From: Candidatus Methylomirabilis oxygeniifera
GTDB taxonomy: Bacteria; Methylomirabilota; Methylomirabilia; Methylomirabilales; Methylomirabilaceae
NCBI GenBank assembly: GCA_000091165.1
Contig: FP565575.1
Coordinates: forward strand, 1,110,001 to 1,142,000
DNA length: 32,000 nucleotides
Direction: 5' to 3'
This document shows, piece by piece, positions 24,822 to 32,000 of the stretch. The position numbers were made by a program, and so were the translations under genes. The first letter of the stretch is position 1, and every line of letters starts with the position of its first letter. The notes under the pieces are model-generated. The model saw only the letters and a list, made by a program, of their open reading frames with translations, ran no database searches and had not been told where the DNA came from.

Positions 24822-26050
24822 AGCCCGGGACGCCAGGATTCAACGGCGCCAGACTGCGCGAGGCGCGTGAGGCAAGAGGTCTGCCAGCTATAGCGTTGGC
24901 TGATCTCATCGGGGTCACTCGTGCTGCTGTTTCTCAGTATGAGAATAGTGTTCAAACGCCGCGACCAGAAGTTATGGAAAAGATCGCCAGAACGTTGCAG
25001 CTTCCTCAAGAGTATTTCCGCCGACCAATAAGTCGGATCGAGAGAGGAGCCATTTTCTATCGGTCCATGAGTGCTGCCACCAAGGCGGCGAGAGCACGAG
25101 CCGAATGTCGCTATTCTTGGTTGCGGGAGATCGTAACCTATCTGAGAGAATTTGTGCAATTCCCTCCCATGAATATTCCAGATTTCAATTTGCCAGATGA
25201 TCCGGTCCGAATCTCTTACAACCAAATAGAAGAACTTGCTACGCAGAGCAGACAATTTTGGAAGATCGGTGAAGGGCCGATAGGCAATGTGGTTAGGCTT
25301 CTCGAAAACAACGGTATCGTTGTGGTCCGCGACGAACTTGGGGCTGAAACCCTCGATGCTTTCTCTGAGTTCAATGCTGAGGATGGAACGCCATACATTA
25401 TCCTGGGCTCGGATAAAGCCGTGGCGGTACGATCTCGTTTTGATGCTGCCCATGAACTTGGCCACCTTATCCTCCATCGGAACATCAACAAGAATCGTCT
25501 TTCTCGACCGACCGATCATCAGCTAATCGAGACACAAGCCCATAGGTTCGCTGGAGCCTTCCTGCTGCCAGGGCAAGCATTCGCAAGCGAATTTTACTCA
25601 GCAAACCTTGATGCACTCAGGATCTTAAAGCCGAAATGGAAGGTCTCAATTGCTATGATGGTCAAGAGAGCCGAGGATTTGGAGTTTATATCATCTGAGC
25701 AGGCTAAACGCTTATGGATAAATTATTCGCGTCGCCGATGGAGAGCAAAAGAACCTCTCGACGGCGAACTCGAAGTTGAGCAGCCCCGTCTATTGGTTCG
25801 AGCATTTGAATTACTCCTCAACGAGGGGATTCAAACGTGCGAACAGATCCTTTCTCATTTACCACTCAACCCAAATGATATTGAAGCCTTGGCTACTCTA
25901 TCAGGCCAGCTTACCAAGACGTCTGCCGATGAACCCTCAGTGCGTGTTCTTGATTTGACTGGCCGCACTCGCCAAAAAAGCCAGCACCAGATCGATAAGC
26001 CAGGACAAGTCATACAATTTGCAGCCCGGAAACCGCATCCAACTGGTTAG
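24818..26050 (+). CDS. XRE-family HTH fused to an ImmA/IrrE-type (M78, COG2856) zinc metallopeptidase domain
   Basis: The N-terminal HTH is LREAREARGLPAIALADLIGVTRAAVSQYENSVQTPRPEVMEKIARTL. An HEXXH motif occurs in RSRFDAAHELGHLILH. About 150 aa of C-terminal extension follow. Confidence 0.9.
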   Translation: MKPGTPGFNGARLREAREARGLPAIALADLIGVTRAAVSQYENSVQTPRPEVMEKIARTLQLPQEYFRRPISRIERGAIFYRSMSAATKAARARAECRYSWLREIVTYLREFVQFPPMNIPDFNLPDDPVRISYNQIEELATQSRQFWKIGEGPIGNVVRLLENNGIVVVRDELGAETLDAFSEFNAEDGTPYIILGSDKAVAVRSRFDAAHELGHLILHRNINKNRLSRPTDHQLIETQAHRFAGAFLLPGQAFASEFYSANLDALRILKPKWKVSIAMMVKRAEDLEFISSEQAKRLWINYSRRRWRAKEPLDGELEVEQPRLLVRAFELLLNEGIQTCEQILSHLPLNPNDIEALATLSGQLTKTSADEPSVRVLDLTGRTRQKSQHQIDKPGQVIQFAARKPHPTG

Positions 26051-26087
26051 ATAGGCAAGAAAAATGGTTCCTGGGGTTATTTCTCTC

Positions 26088-26116
26088 TTGACATGCTTGA
26101 CCGCTCAAGCTATATT
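26088..26116 (+). promoter_or_regulatory. Sigma70-type promoter TTGACA-17-TATATT driving a leaderless transposase mRNA
   Basis: The -35 TTGACA is at 26088-26093, followed by a 17-nt spacer and the -10 TATATT at 26111-26116. The ATG at 26123 is 7 nt after the -10. This is the same layout as the promoter at 21806. Confidence 0.5.
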
Positions 26117-26122
26117 ATAAGT

Positions 26123-26953
26123 ATGAACAGATTGAGTAAGGACAAGCGAGCACAAGTGGTAGCCGCCCTAGTCGAGGGCAACTCGATTCGGTCCACCGTC
26201 CGCATGACGGGCGTCGCCAAAGGCACGGTCTTGAAGCTACTGGCCGATCTCGGAGCGGCCTGTAGTGAATATCAGCGGCAAGTCCTTGTGAATCTTCGTT
26301 GCAAGCGGATTCAGTGTGATGAGATCTGGTCCTTCTGTTATGCCAAGGAAAAGAACGTCCCTGAGCACATGAAGGGCAAACCCGGAGTCGGCGACGTGTG
26401 GACCTGGACGGCTATGGATGCTGACTCAAAGCTAATGATCTCATGGTTGGTAGGCGAACGTGATGCAGGATACGCCACTGAGTTTATCAATGACCTCGCC
26501 GCACGGCTCGCCACTCGGGTTCAACTCACCACGGATGGTCTGAAGGTTTATCTGGAGGCTATAGAGGGTGCTTTTGGGGCCGACATTGATTATGCCCAAC
26601 TGGTGAAACTGTTTGGAGAGGCACCCGAGCAAGAGAAGCGGTACAGCCCGTCTCAGTGCACCGGATGCCAGAAGAGGCGCATTGATGGGAGTCCTGATCC
26701 TCGGCACGTCTCGACATCGTTTGTGGAGCGACAGAATTTAACCATGCGAATGAGCATGAGAAGGTTCACACGGCTTACCAATGCGTTTTCAAAGAAGGTC
26801 GAAAACCTGGAAGCCGCCGTAGCCCTTCACTTCATGTGGTACAACTTCGGGAGAATCCACCAAACCCTTCGAGTGACCCCGGCGATGCAAGCAGGAGTTT
26901 CCGACCATGTATGGACAATCGAGGAGATTTTAGACTTATTGGATTCAAACTGA
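26123..26953 (+). CDS. IS1-family DDE transposase (single fused ORF)
   Basis: N-terminal HTH (GNSIRSTVRMTGVAKGTVLKLL). The DDE context is CDEIWSF, TTDGLKVY and FVERQNLTMRMSMRRFTRLTNAFSKK. This parallels the IS1 InsB motifs DEMW / TDGW / [24 protein letters not shown]. Confidence 0.9.
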   Translation: MNRLSKDKRAQVVAALVEGNSIRSTVRMTGVAKGTVLKLLADLGAACSEYQRQVLVNLRCKRIQCDEIWSFCYAKEKNVPEHMKGKPGVGDVWTWTAMDADSKLMISWLVGERDAGYATEFINDLAARLATRVQLTTDGLKVYLEAIEGAFGADIDYAQLVKLFGEAPEQEKRYSPSQCTGCQKRRIDGSPDPRHVSTSFVERQNLTMRMSMRRFTRLTNAFSKKVENLEAAVALHFMWYNFGRIHQTLRVTPAMQAGVSDHVWTIEEILDLLDSN

Positions 26954-26962
26954 CCCACTACC
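26944..26962 (-). repeat. Right terminal inverted repeat (IRR)
   Basis: TTCAAACTGACCCACTACC is the exact reverse complement of IRL. It contains the transposase stop codon at 26951-26953. Confidence 0.85.
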
Positions 26963-26970
26963 CGGAATCC
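26963..26970. repeat. Target-site duplication, right copy (CGGAATCC)
   Basis: It is identical to 21768-21775 and directly abuts IRR. Confidence 0.75.
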
Positions 26971-27030
26971 GTTTCCCTTGCAGATCGCCGCCGGCCATGA
27001 TAGAAATGAAGAGAATGACCGTCACGACAC

Positions 27031-27147
27031 AGGCAGATAGACTGAAGGCTGAAGGCTTTTAGGGGTAAGGCGGTGATCACACAGCACTTCCGGCACGTGA
27101 TTTGCGCACGACGAGGTAATATATTGTCTTCAACTTTTGGCCTACAC
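27031..27147 (+). repeat. Intergenic ~115-nt repeat element, copy B (upstream of psd)
   Basis: In AGGCAGATAGACTGAAGGCTGAAGGCTTTTAGGGGTAAGG, 34 of the first 37 nt are identical to 17339-17375. The interior (CGAGGTAATATAT vs CGAGATACGATAT) and the 3' block (GTCTTCAAC..CCTACAC) are also related. Confidence 0.55.
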
Positions 27148-27159
27148 GTCTAAAGAGCG

Positions 27160-27786
27160 ATGATACCGGTTGCGCGCGAGGGGTGGCCATTTATCCTCCC
27201 ACCGTTGATCGTGGCTGCCAGCCTGTGGGTTGCGGGATGGCAGGTCAGCAGCGTTGTGACATGTGTGCTGGCCGTATTGGTGGCCCTGTTTTTCCGTGAC
27301 CCGCCACGCGATATTCCGAAGGGCGAGGGGCTGATTGTCGCCCCCGCCGATGGTGCTGTTGTCCAGGTCACCCAGTATCTTGGTCAGGAGTTGCAAGAGC
27401 CGGCCACCCAGATCAGCATCTTCCTGTCGGTTCTTGATGTGCATATCAACCGCGCCCCATTTCCCGCGGTAGTCGAAGAGGTGACGTACAGACCAGGGAC
27501 GTTTCGAATCGCATGGCAGCCCGAGGCATCGGTAGACAACGAACAGAATCTCATTGCGCTGAAGGCGCCGAAAGGGCGACTGCTGGTCAAACAGATCGCG
27601 GGCCTCATCGCCAGACGTATCGTCTGTCGGGTGGTTCCCGGACAAAAGCTTGAGGCCGGAGAGCGGATCGGGATGATTCGATTCGGATCGCGCGTGGATC
27701 TCATTGTCCCGGCGCGCGCCGAACTGTTCGTGAAACGTGGAGATCGCGTGAAGGGAGGAACCACTGTGATGGGAGCGCTTCGATGA
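27160..27786 (+). CDS. psd: Phosphatidylserine decarboxylase proenzyme (short form)
   Basis: 208 aa with the self-cleavage FGSR motif (IGMIRFGSRVDLIVP). Its stop overlaps the pssA start (ATGA). Confidence 0.92.
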   Translation: MIPVAREGWPFILPPLIVAASLWVAGWQVSSVVTCVLAVLVALFFRDPPRDIPKGEGLIVAPADGAVVQVTQYLGQELQEPATQISIFLSVLDVHINRAPFPAVVEEVTYRPGTFRIAWQPEASVDNEQNLIALKAPKGRLLVKQIAGLIARRIVCRVVPGQKLEAGERIGMIRFGSRVDLIVPARAELFVKRGDRVKGGTTVMGALR

Positions 27787-28583
27787 GGAAAGGCCGTCGC
27801 CGACGTGGGGTCTACCTGCTGCCGAGTCTGCTAACCATCAGCAGCCTGCTGTGCGGGGTCTACGCGATCGTTGCCGTTTACAACGACGAGTACACCCGCT
27901 CGGCCACCGCGATCCTCATTGCGCTGATTTTGGACGGCCTCGACGGGGCTGTCGCCCGGCTGACTAATACTCAGAGCGATTTCGGCGTACAGCTCGATTC
28001 GTTGGCGGACCTGGTTGCGTTCGGCGTTGCACCCGCTATCCTCTCCTATGCGTGGGCCATTAAGCCCTACACCAAGATGGGGTGGTTGTTCGGATCGATC
28101 ATCCCGACAGCGCTGTTCGTCGCGAGCGGCGCTTTCAGATTGGCGCGTTTCAACGTTCAGACACAGACACTCGATAAGCGCTATTTTGTCGGCCTGCCGA
28201 TTCCGGCGGCTGCGGCGGTGATCGCCTCCTTTATACTGTTCATGCGGGAGTCGACTTCGCTGGTCCTCTTTGAGCACGAGTGGCTCTCGGATCGGGCGAT
28301 GTCCGTGCTGATGGTCGTGAGCGTCTATGCTCTGTCGTTCTTAATGGTCTGTCGACTCCGGTACCGCAGCCTGAAAGGAATAGAGATCAAGAAGCGTCAA
28401 CCCTTCGCGCTCCTTATCGGTTTGACGCTCGTGGTTCTAGTCATCGCTTCAGAACCTCGCGTGGTGGCCTTTTCGTTCTTTTCCCTCTACGCCCTGTCCG
28501 GTGTCATTCGCATGATTCCGCCAATTAGAGGACATGTGTCAGAGCCTATTGAACATGTCCTCGGTGGAGAAGGTAGACCATAG
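27783..28583 (+). CDS. pssA: CDP-diacylglycerol--serine O-phosphatidyltransferase
   Basis: The CDP-alcohol phosphatidyltransferase motif is DGLDGAVARLTNTQSDFGVQLDSLADLVAFG. The protein has multiple TM segments. Confidence 0.92.
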   Translation: MRKGRRRRGVYLLPSLLTISSLLCGVYAIVAVYNDEYTRSATAILIALILDGLDGAVARLTNTQSDFGVQLDSLADLVAFGVAPAILSYAWAIKPYTKMGWLFGSIIPTALFVASGAFRLARFNVQTQTLDKRYFVGLPIPAAAAVIASFILFMRESTSLVLFEHEWLSDRAMSVLMVVSVYALSFLMVCRLRYRSLKGIEIKKRQPFALLIGLTLVVLVIASEPRVVAFSFFSLYALSGVIRMIPPIRGHVSEPIEHVLGGEGRP

Positions 28584-28689
28584 GGGTAGTCCGTCATTCC
28601 GAACTTGACCAGTAATCCAATGTCTTTCGAGGTTTTCGCTCCCGGCTCCAAGCATGCGGGGAGAAGAAGATGTATGGCCAGGGGATAAG

Positions 28690-30237
28690 ATGAGCAAGCG
28701 GATTCTGATCTTCGACACCACGCTGAGAGACGGCGAGCAGGCGCCGGGTTGCAGCATGAATACCCGGGAGAAGCTGGAGATGGCCAGGCAACTGGCGCGT
28801 CTGAAGGTCGACGTGATCGAGGCCGGCTTCGCCATCGCTTCGGAAGACGACTTTGAAGCGGTCAAGACGATCTCCCAGAACCTGAAGGGCGGGCCGATCA
28901 TTGCCAGCCTCTGCCGGACTCGTGACCTCGACATCGACCGCGCCTGGGAGGCGCTGCAATATGCCGATCGCGCAAGGATCCACATCTTCATCGCAACCTC
29001 AGAGATTCACATCACCTACAAGCTGAAATCGACCCAGGAAGAGGTCTTGCAGGCTGCCGTGACAGCGGTGAAACATGCCAGGCGTTATACCGACGATGTC
29101 GAGTTTTCTCCCGAGGATGCCCATCGGAGCGAGCAGGATTTTCTCTGCAAGGTTGTTGAGGAGGTGATCAGGGCGGGCGCCACCACGATCAACATTCCCG
29201 ATACGGTCGGCTATGGCGTCCCATGGGAATTCGGGGCGAGGATCAAGGACCTATTCGACCGCGTGCCCAACATCGACAAAGCGGTCATAAGCTGCCACTG
29301 TCATAACGATCTCGGGTTGGCGGTGGCGAATTCGCTGGAGGCGGTGCGAAACGGAGCCGGACAGGTCGAATGCACCATTAACGGAATCGGTGAGCGCGCC
29401 GGAAACGCGTCGCTCGAAGAGATCGTCATGGCGCTTCGGACGCGAAAAGACCTGCTCGACTTTGAGACCGGTATCAACACAGAGGAGATCTATCGGTCGA
29501 GCAGGCTGCTCACCAGCATCATCGGGGTCCCCGTCCAGCCGAACAAGGCCATTGTCGGCGCCAATGCCTTCGCACACGAGGCCGGCGTGCACCAACACGG
29601 CATGCTGCAGAAGCCGCTGACCTACGAGATCATGACCCCGGAGTCGGTGGGAGTTCCCCGAAGTCGACTGGTGCTTGGCAAACATTCCGGGCGGCATGCG
29701 TTTAAGAAGCGGCTGGATGAGTTGGGCGTCATGTTGCCGGAAGAGGCCGTGAACCGGGCCTTTATCCGTTTTAAGGTCGTGGCCGATAAGAAGAAAGAGG
29801 TGTTCGACGACGACCTGTTGGCCATCGTCGAAGAGGAGGCACTGGCCGCCGGCGAGACCTACATCCTTGACCATCTGCAGTTTACCAGCGGCACAAATCT
29901 CATCCCGACTGCCACCGTACGGCTCAAGCGCGAGAACGAGACGCTCCAGGAGTCTGGCTGGGGTGACGGTCCGGTGGACGCAGCATACAAAGCGATCGAC
30001 CAGATTACGAAGGTCCAAGGACGGCTGGCCGACTATTCGATCAGAGCCATCACAGGCGGCAAGGACGCGCTAGGCGAGGTAGTCCTGAAGCTGGAGGTCA
30101 ATGGTCACACCGTGATCGGCAAAGGCAGTTCGACCGATGTCATCGAGGCCAGCGTCAGGGCGTACTTAAACGCGATCAACAAGATCATCGGCGCCGAGCG
30201 GCCGCCAAAGGATACGGCTGCGCCGAGAGGACTGTGA
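28690..30237 (+). CDS. leuA: 2-isopropylmalate synthase
   Basis: ILIFDTTLRDGEQAPGCSMN, HCHNDLGLAVANSLEAV, GIGERAGNASLEE and the C-terminal LeuA dimerisation/regulatory domain. The ATG at 28690 is chosen over the upstream ATG at 28654. Confidence 0.95.
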   Translation: MSKRILIFDTTLRDGEQAPGCSMNTREKLEMARQLARLKVDVIEAGFAIASEDDFEAVKTISQNLKGGPIIASLCRTRDLDIDRAWEALQYADRARIHIFIATSEIHITYKLKSTQEEVLQAAVTAVKHARRYTDDVEFSPEDAHRSEQDFLCKVVEEVIRAGATTINIPDTVGYGVPWEFGARIKDLFDRVPNIDKAVISCHCHNDLGLAVANSLEAVRNGAGQVECTINGIGERAGNASLEEIVMALRTRKDLLDFETGINTEEIYRSSRLLTSIIGVPVQPNKAIVGANAFAHEAGVHQHGMLQKPLTYEIMTPESVGVPRSRLVLGKHSGRHAFKKRLDELGVMLPEEAVNRAFIRFKVVADKKKEVFDDDLLAIVEEEALAAGETYILDHLQFTSGTNLIPTATVRLKRENETLQESGWGDGPVDAAYKAIDQITKVQGRLADYSIRAITGGKDALGEVVLKLEVNGHTVIGKGSSTDVIEASVRAYLNAINKIIGAERPPKDTAAPRGL

Positions 30238-30255
30238 CGGCGAGGGCGTGACATC

Positions 30256-31275
30256 ATGAGTAAAGCTTATACGGTTGCAGTCGTCGGAGCTACCGGTGCG
30301 GTCGGAGAGACGATGCTTCAACTGCTGGAGGAACGGAACTTTCCCGTCCGGCAACTGAAGCTCTTGGCCTCCGAGCGGTCCGCCGGAAAGAGTCTGACCT
30401 TTCTGGGGGAGGAGATCAAGGTCGAGCAGCTTAGTGAGCGTTCGTTCCAAGGGATTGAGATTGCTCTGTTCTCTGCGGGCGCCACCCGCAGTCAGCAGTT
30501 TGCTCCGGCAGCCGTCAAGGCCGGTGCAATCGTCATCGATAACAGCTCCGCGTTCCGGATGGACCCGGAGATCCCGCTTGTTGTTCCGGAGATTAATCCG
30601 GACGCACTTGCCGGATATCAGGATCGGGGCATCATCGCTAACCCTAACTGCACCACGATCGTCATGCTCATGCCGCTCAAGCCGCTGCACGACTATGGCC
30701 GCGTCAGGCGCATCGTTGCCTCGAGCTACCAGGCGGTGTCCGGTGCTGGAGCAAAGGGAATCGAAGAGCTGAGACGGCAGACTCTGGCCTGGGCCAGGGG
30801 TGAGTCGATCGAGATCGGGGCATTCCCTAAACAAATTGCATTCAACGTGATTCCTCATATCGACACATTTCAGCCGAACGGCTACACGAAGGAAGAGTTA
30901 AAGCTTGTCTTCGAGACCCGAAAGATCCTGGGAGACGAAACGATCGGGGTCTCACCGACGACCGTGCGCGTCCCCGTGTTTACCGCTCACTCCATCTCCA
31001 TGAACGTCGAGACAGAGCGGAAGATCGGGGTAGAGAAGGCAAAGGAGTTACTTTCGAAAATGCCGGGACTCGTCGTATTCGATGACCCGGCAGCAGGCCG
31101 TTACCCGATGCCGGTTCTCGCGGCCGGTAAGGACGACTGCTTTGTAGGTCGGATCAGAGAAGATCTTTCGAACGATCACGCCCTCAATCTCTGGGTGGTG
31201 GGAGACCAGCTTCGAAAAGGGGCGGCCCTGAATGCCATCCAGATTGCCGAGCTGCTAGTCGACCGATATCTGTGA
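30256..31275 (+). CDS. asd: Aspartate-semialdehyde dehydrogenase
   Basis: VAVVGATGAVGETMLQLLEERNFP, active-site IANPNCTTI, and SYQAVSGAGAKGIEEL. Confidence 0.96.
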   Translation: MSKAYTVAVVGATGAVGETMLQLLEERNFPVRQLKLLASERSAGKSLTFLGEEIKVEQLSERSFQGIEIALFSAGATRSQQFAPAAVKAGAIVIDNSSAFRMDPEIPLVVPEINPDALAGYQDRGIIANPNCTTIVMLMPLKPLHDYGRVRRIVASSYQAVSGAGAKGIEELRRQTLAWARGESIEIGAFPKQIAFNVIPHIDTFQPNGYTKEELKLVFETRKILGDETIGVSPTTVRVPVFTAHSISMNVETERKIGVEKAKELLSKMPGLVVFDDPAAGRYPMPVLAAGKDDCFVGRIREDLSNDHALNLWVVGDQLRKGAALNAIQIAELLVDRYL

Positions 31276-31465
31276 ATCTACTGAGGGCTCATCCCCTTCG
31301 GCTTACCGTGAATTCGTCATACCGGCGAAAGTCGGTATCCAGAAGGCCCCACTGGGTTCTCCCGTATCCAGTGCGACGCAGGCGCGTCAAACATGGAATG
31401 ACGGGCCAGAATAGACGCCGACCTCTTACGGTTTCCTCCTTACCCCTTACGGCTTCTCAAAGTGT

Positions 31466-32000
31466 GATGACGACGTTTAAGTTAACGATCGAATATGATG
31501 GAACCGACTATCATGGCTGGCAAGTCCAGCCCGGGATGACGACTATTCAAGGAACGCTACAGGGGGCTGTTGCGCGAATTGTCGGGAAAGATGTCCATGT
31601 GATGGGCGCGGGGCGAACCGACGCCGGCGTCCACGCCCATGGTCAGGTCGCCAGCCTTCGTACTGAATTTCATCATCCACCGGACACCTTCCGGCGAGCC
31701 TTGACCAGCGTACTGCCGTCGGACATTGTGGTGACGGCGGTAGAGGAGATGGACGACGACTTTCATGCCCAGTACTCGGCTCAGTGGAAACGGTACCGGT
31801 ATAGCCTGCTCACGCGACCGTACCCCTCCGCCATCGAACGTCGCTACACCTTATTTGTTCCTTACCCTCTGCAGACAGATGCCATGGCTGTCGCCGCAGG
31901 AAGTCTGGTCGGTACCCACGATTTCAGTGCCTTTCAAGCCGCTCACAGCTCCGCAGAGTCTCCCGTCCGGACGGTCTTGGTGGCTGAGTTCCGGCAGCAT
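31466..32000 (+). CDS. truA: tRNA pseudouridine(38-40) synthase TruA (3'-truncated by the window end)
   Basis: I translated this by hand; it is absent from the ORF track because no stop lies in the window. Motifs are MTTFKLTIEYDGTDYHGWQVQPG, GAGRTDAGVHAHGQVAS and GTHDFSAFQAA. Confidence 0.9.

Larger units (their letters stand above)
21776..26962 (+). mobile_element. IS1-family cargo-carrying insertion element (transporter-IS-like), 5187 bp
   Basis: Perfect 19-bp terminal inverted repeats GGTAGTGGGTCAGTTTGAA occur at 21776-21794 and, reverse-complemented, at 26944-26962. The termini are GGTNNTG as in IS1. The element is flanked by 8-bp direct repeats. A single DDE transposase sits at the right end, with its stop inside IRR. 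Confidence 0.8.

Noticed and set aside
26066-26962. A minimal ~0.9-kb IS (transposase only) as the mobile unit
   Set aside because: The candidate internal left end GGTTCCTGGGGTTATTTC matches the IR at only about half its positions. The perfect 19-bp IR and the matching 8-bp duplication are at 21768-21794. The last transposition event therefore involved the 5.19-kb unit. The internal site may be a decayed original IRL.
1-32000. tRNA, rRNA or CRISPR arrays, and tandem repeats
   Set aside because: I inspected all intergenic regions by eye. None shows a cloverleaf-compatible sequence, rRNA-like conserved blocks or regularly spaced direct repeats. A tRNAscan-SE/Infernal run would be needed to be definitive.

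Overview
GC-rich bacterial chromosomal window; I cannot assign a taxon from sequence alone. It has three parts. (1) 174-16032, all on the minus strand, is an accessory signalling and protease island. It encodes a LuxR-type HTH protein, a 1220-aa FecR+TPR+outer-membrane beta-barrel fusion, a small Cys-containing protein, a CHASE2 histidine kinase and an NtrC-type sigma54 activator. It also encodes a polytopic membrane protein, a calpain-like cysteine protease, a decayed TonB-dependent receptor, and a putative gingipain-like (clan CD) protein followed by a free-standing paralog of its N-terminal domain. Four nearly identical regulatory modules (a 37-nt four-half-site UAS, a 106-108 nt gap, then TTGGCAYG-N4-CTTGTTA) precede four of these units, which suggests one sigma54 regulon. 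(2) Housekeeping genes on the plus strand: recA, pilT, recX, alaS, then psd, pssA, leuA, asd and truA (partial). (3) Immediately 3' of alaS lies a 5.19-kb IS1-family element with perfect 19-bp terminal inverted repeats and an 8-bp target duplication. Its cargo is a small basic protein, a type II R-M pair and an unknown-protein/XRE-HTH-M78-peptidase module. I found no rRNA, tRNA or CRISPR array.
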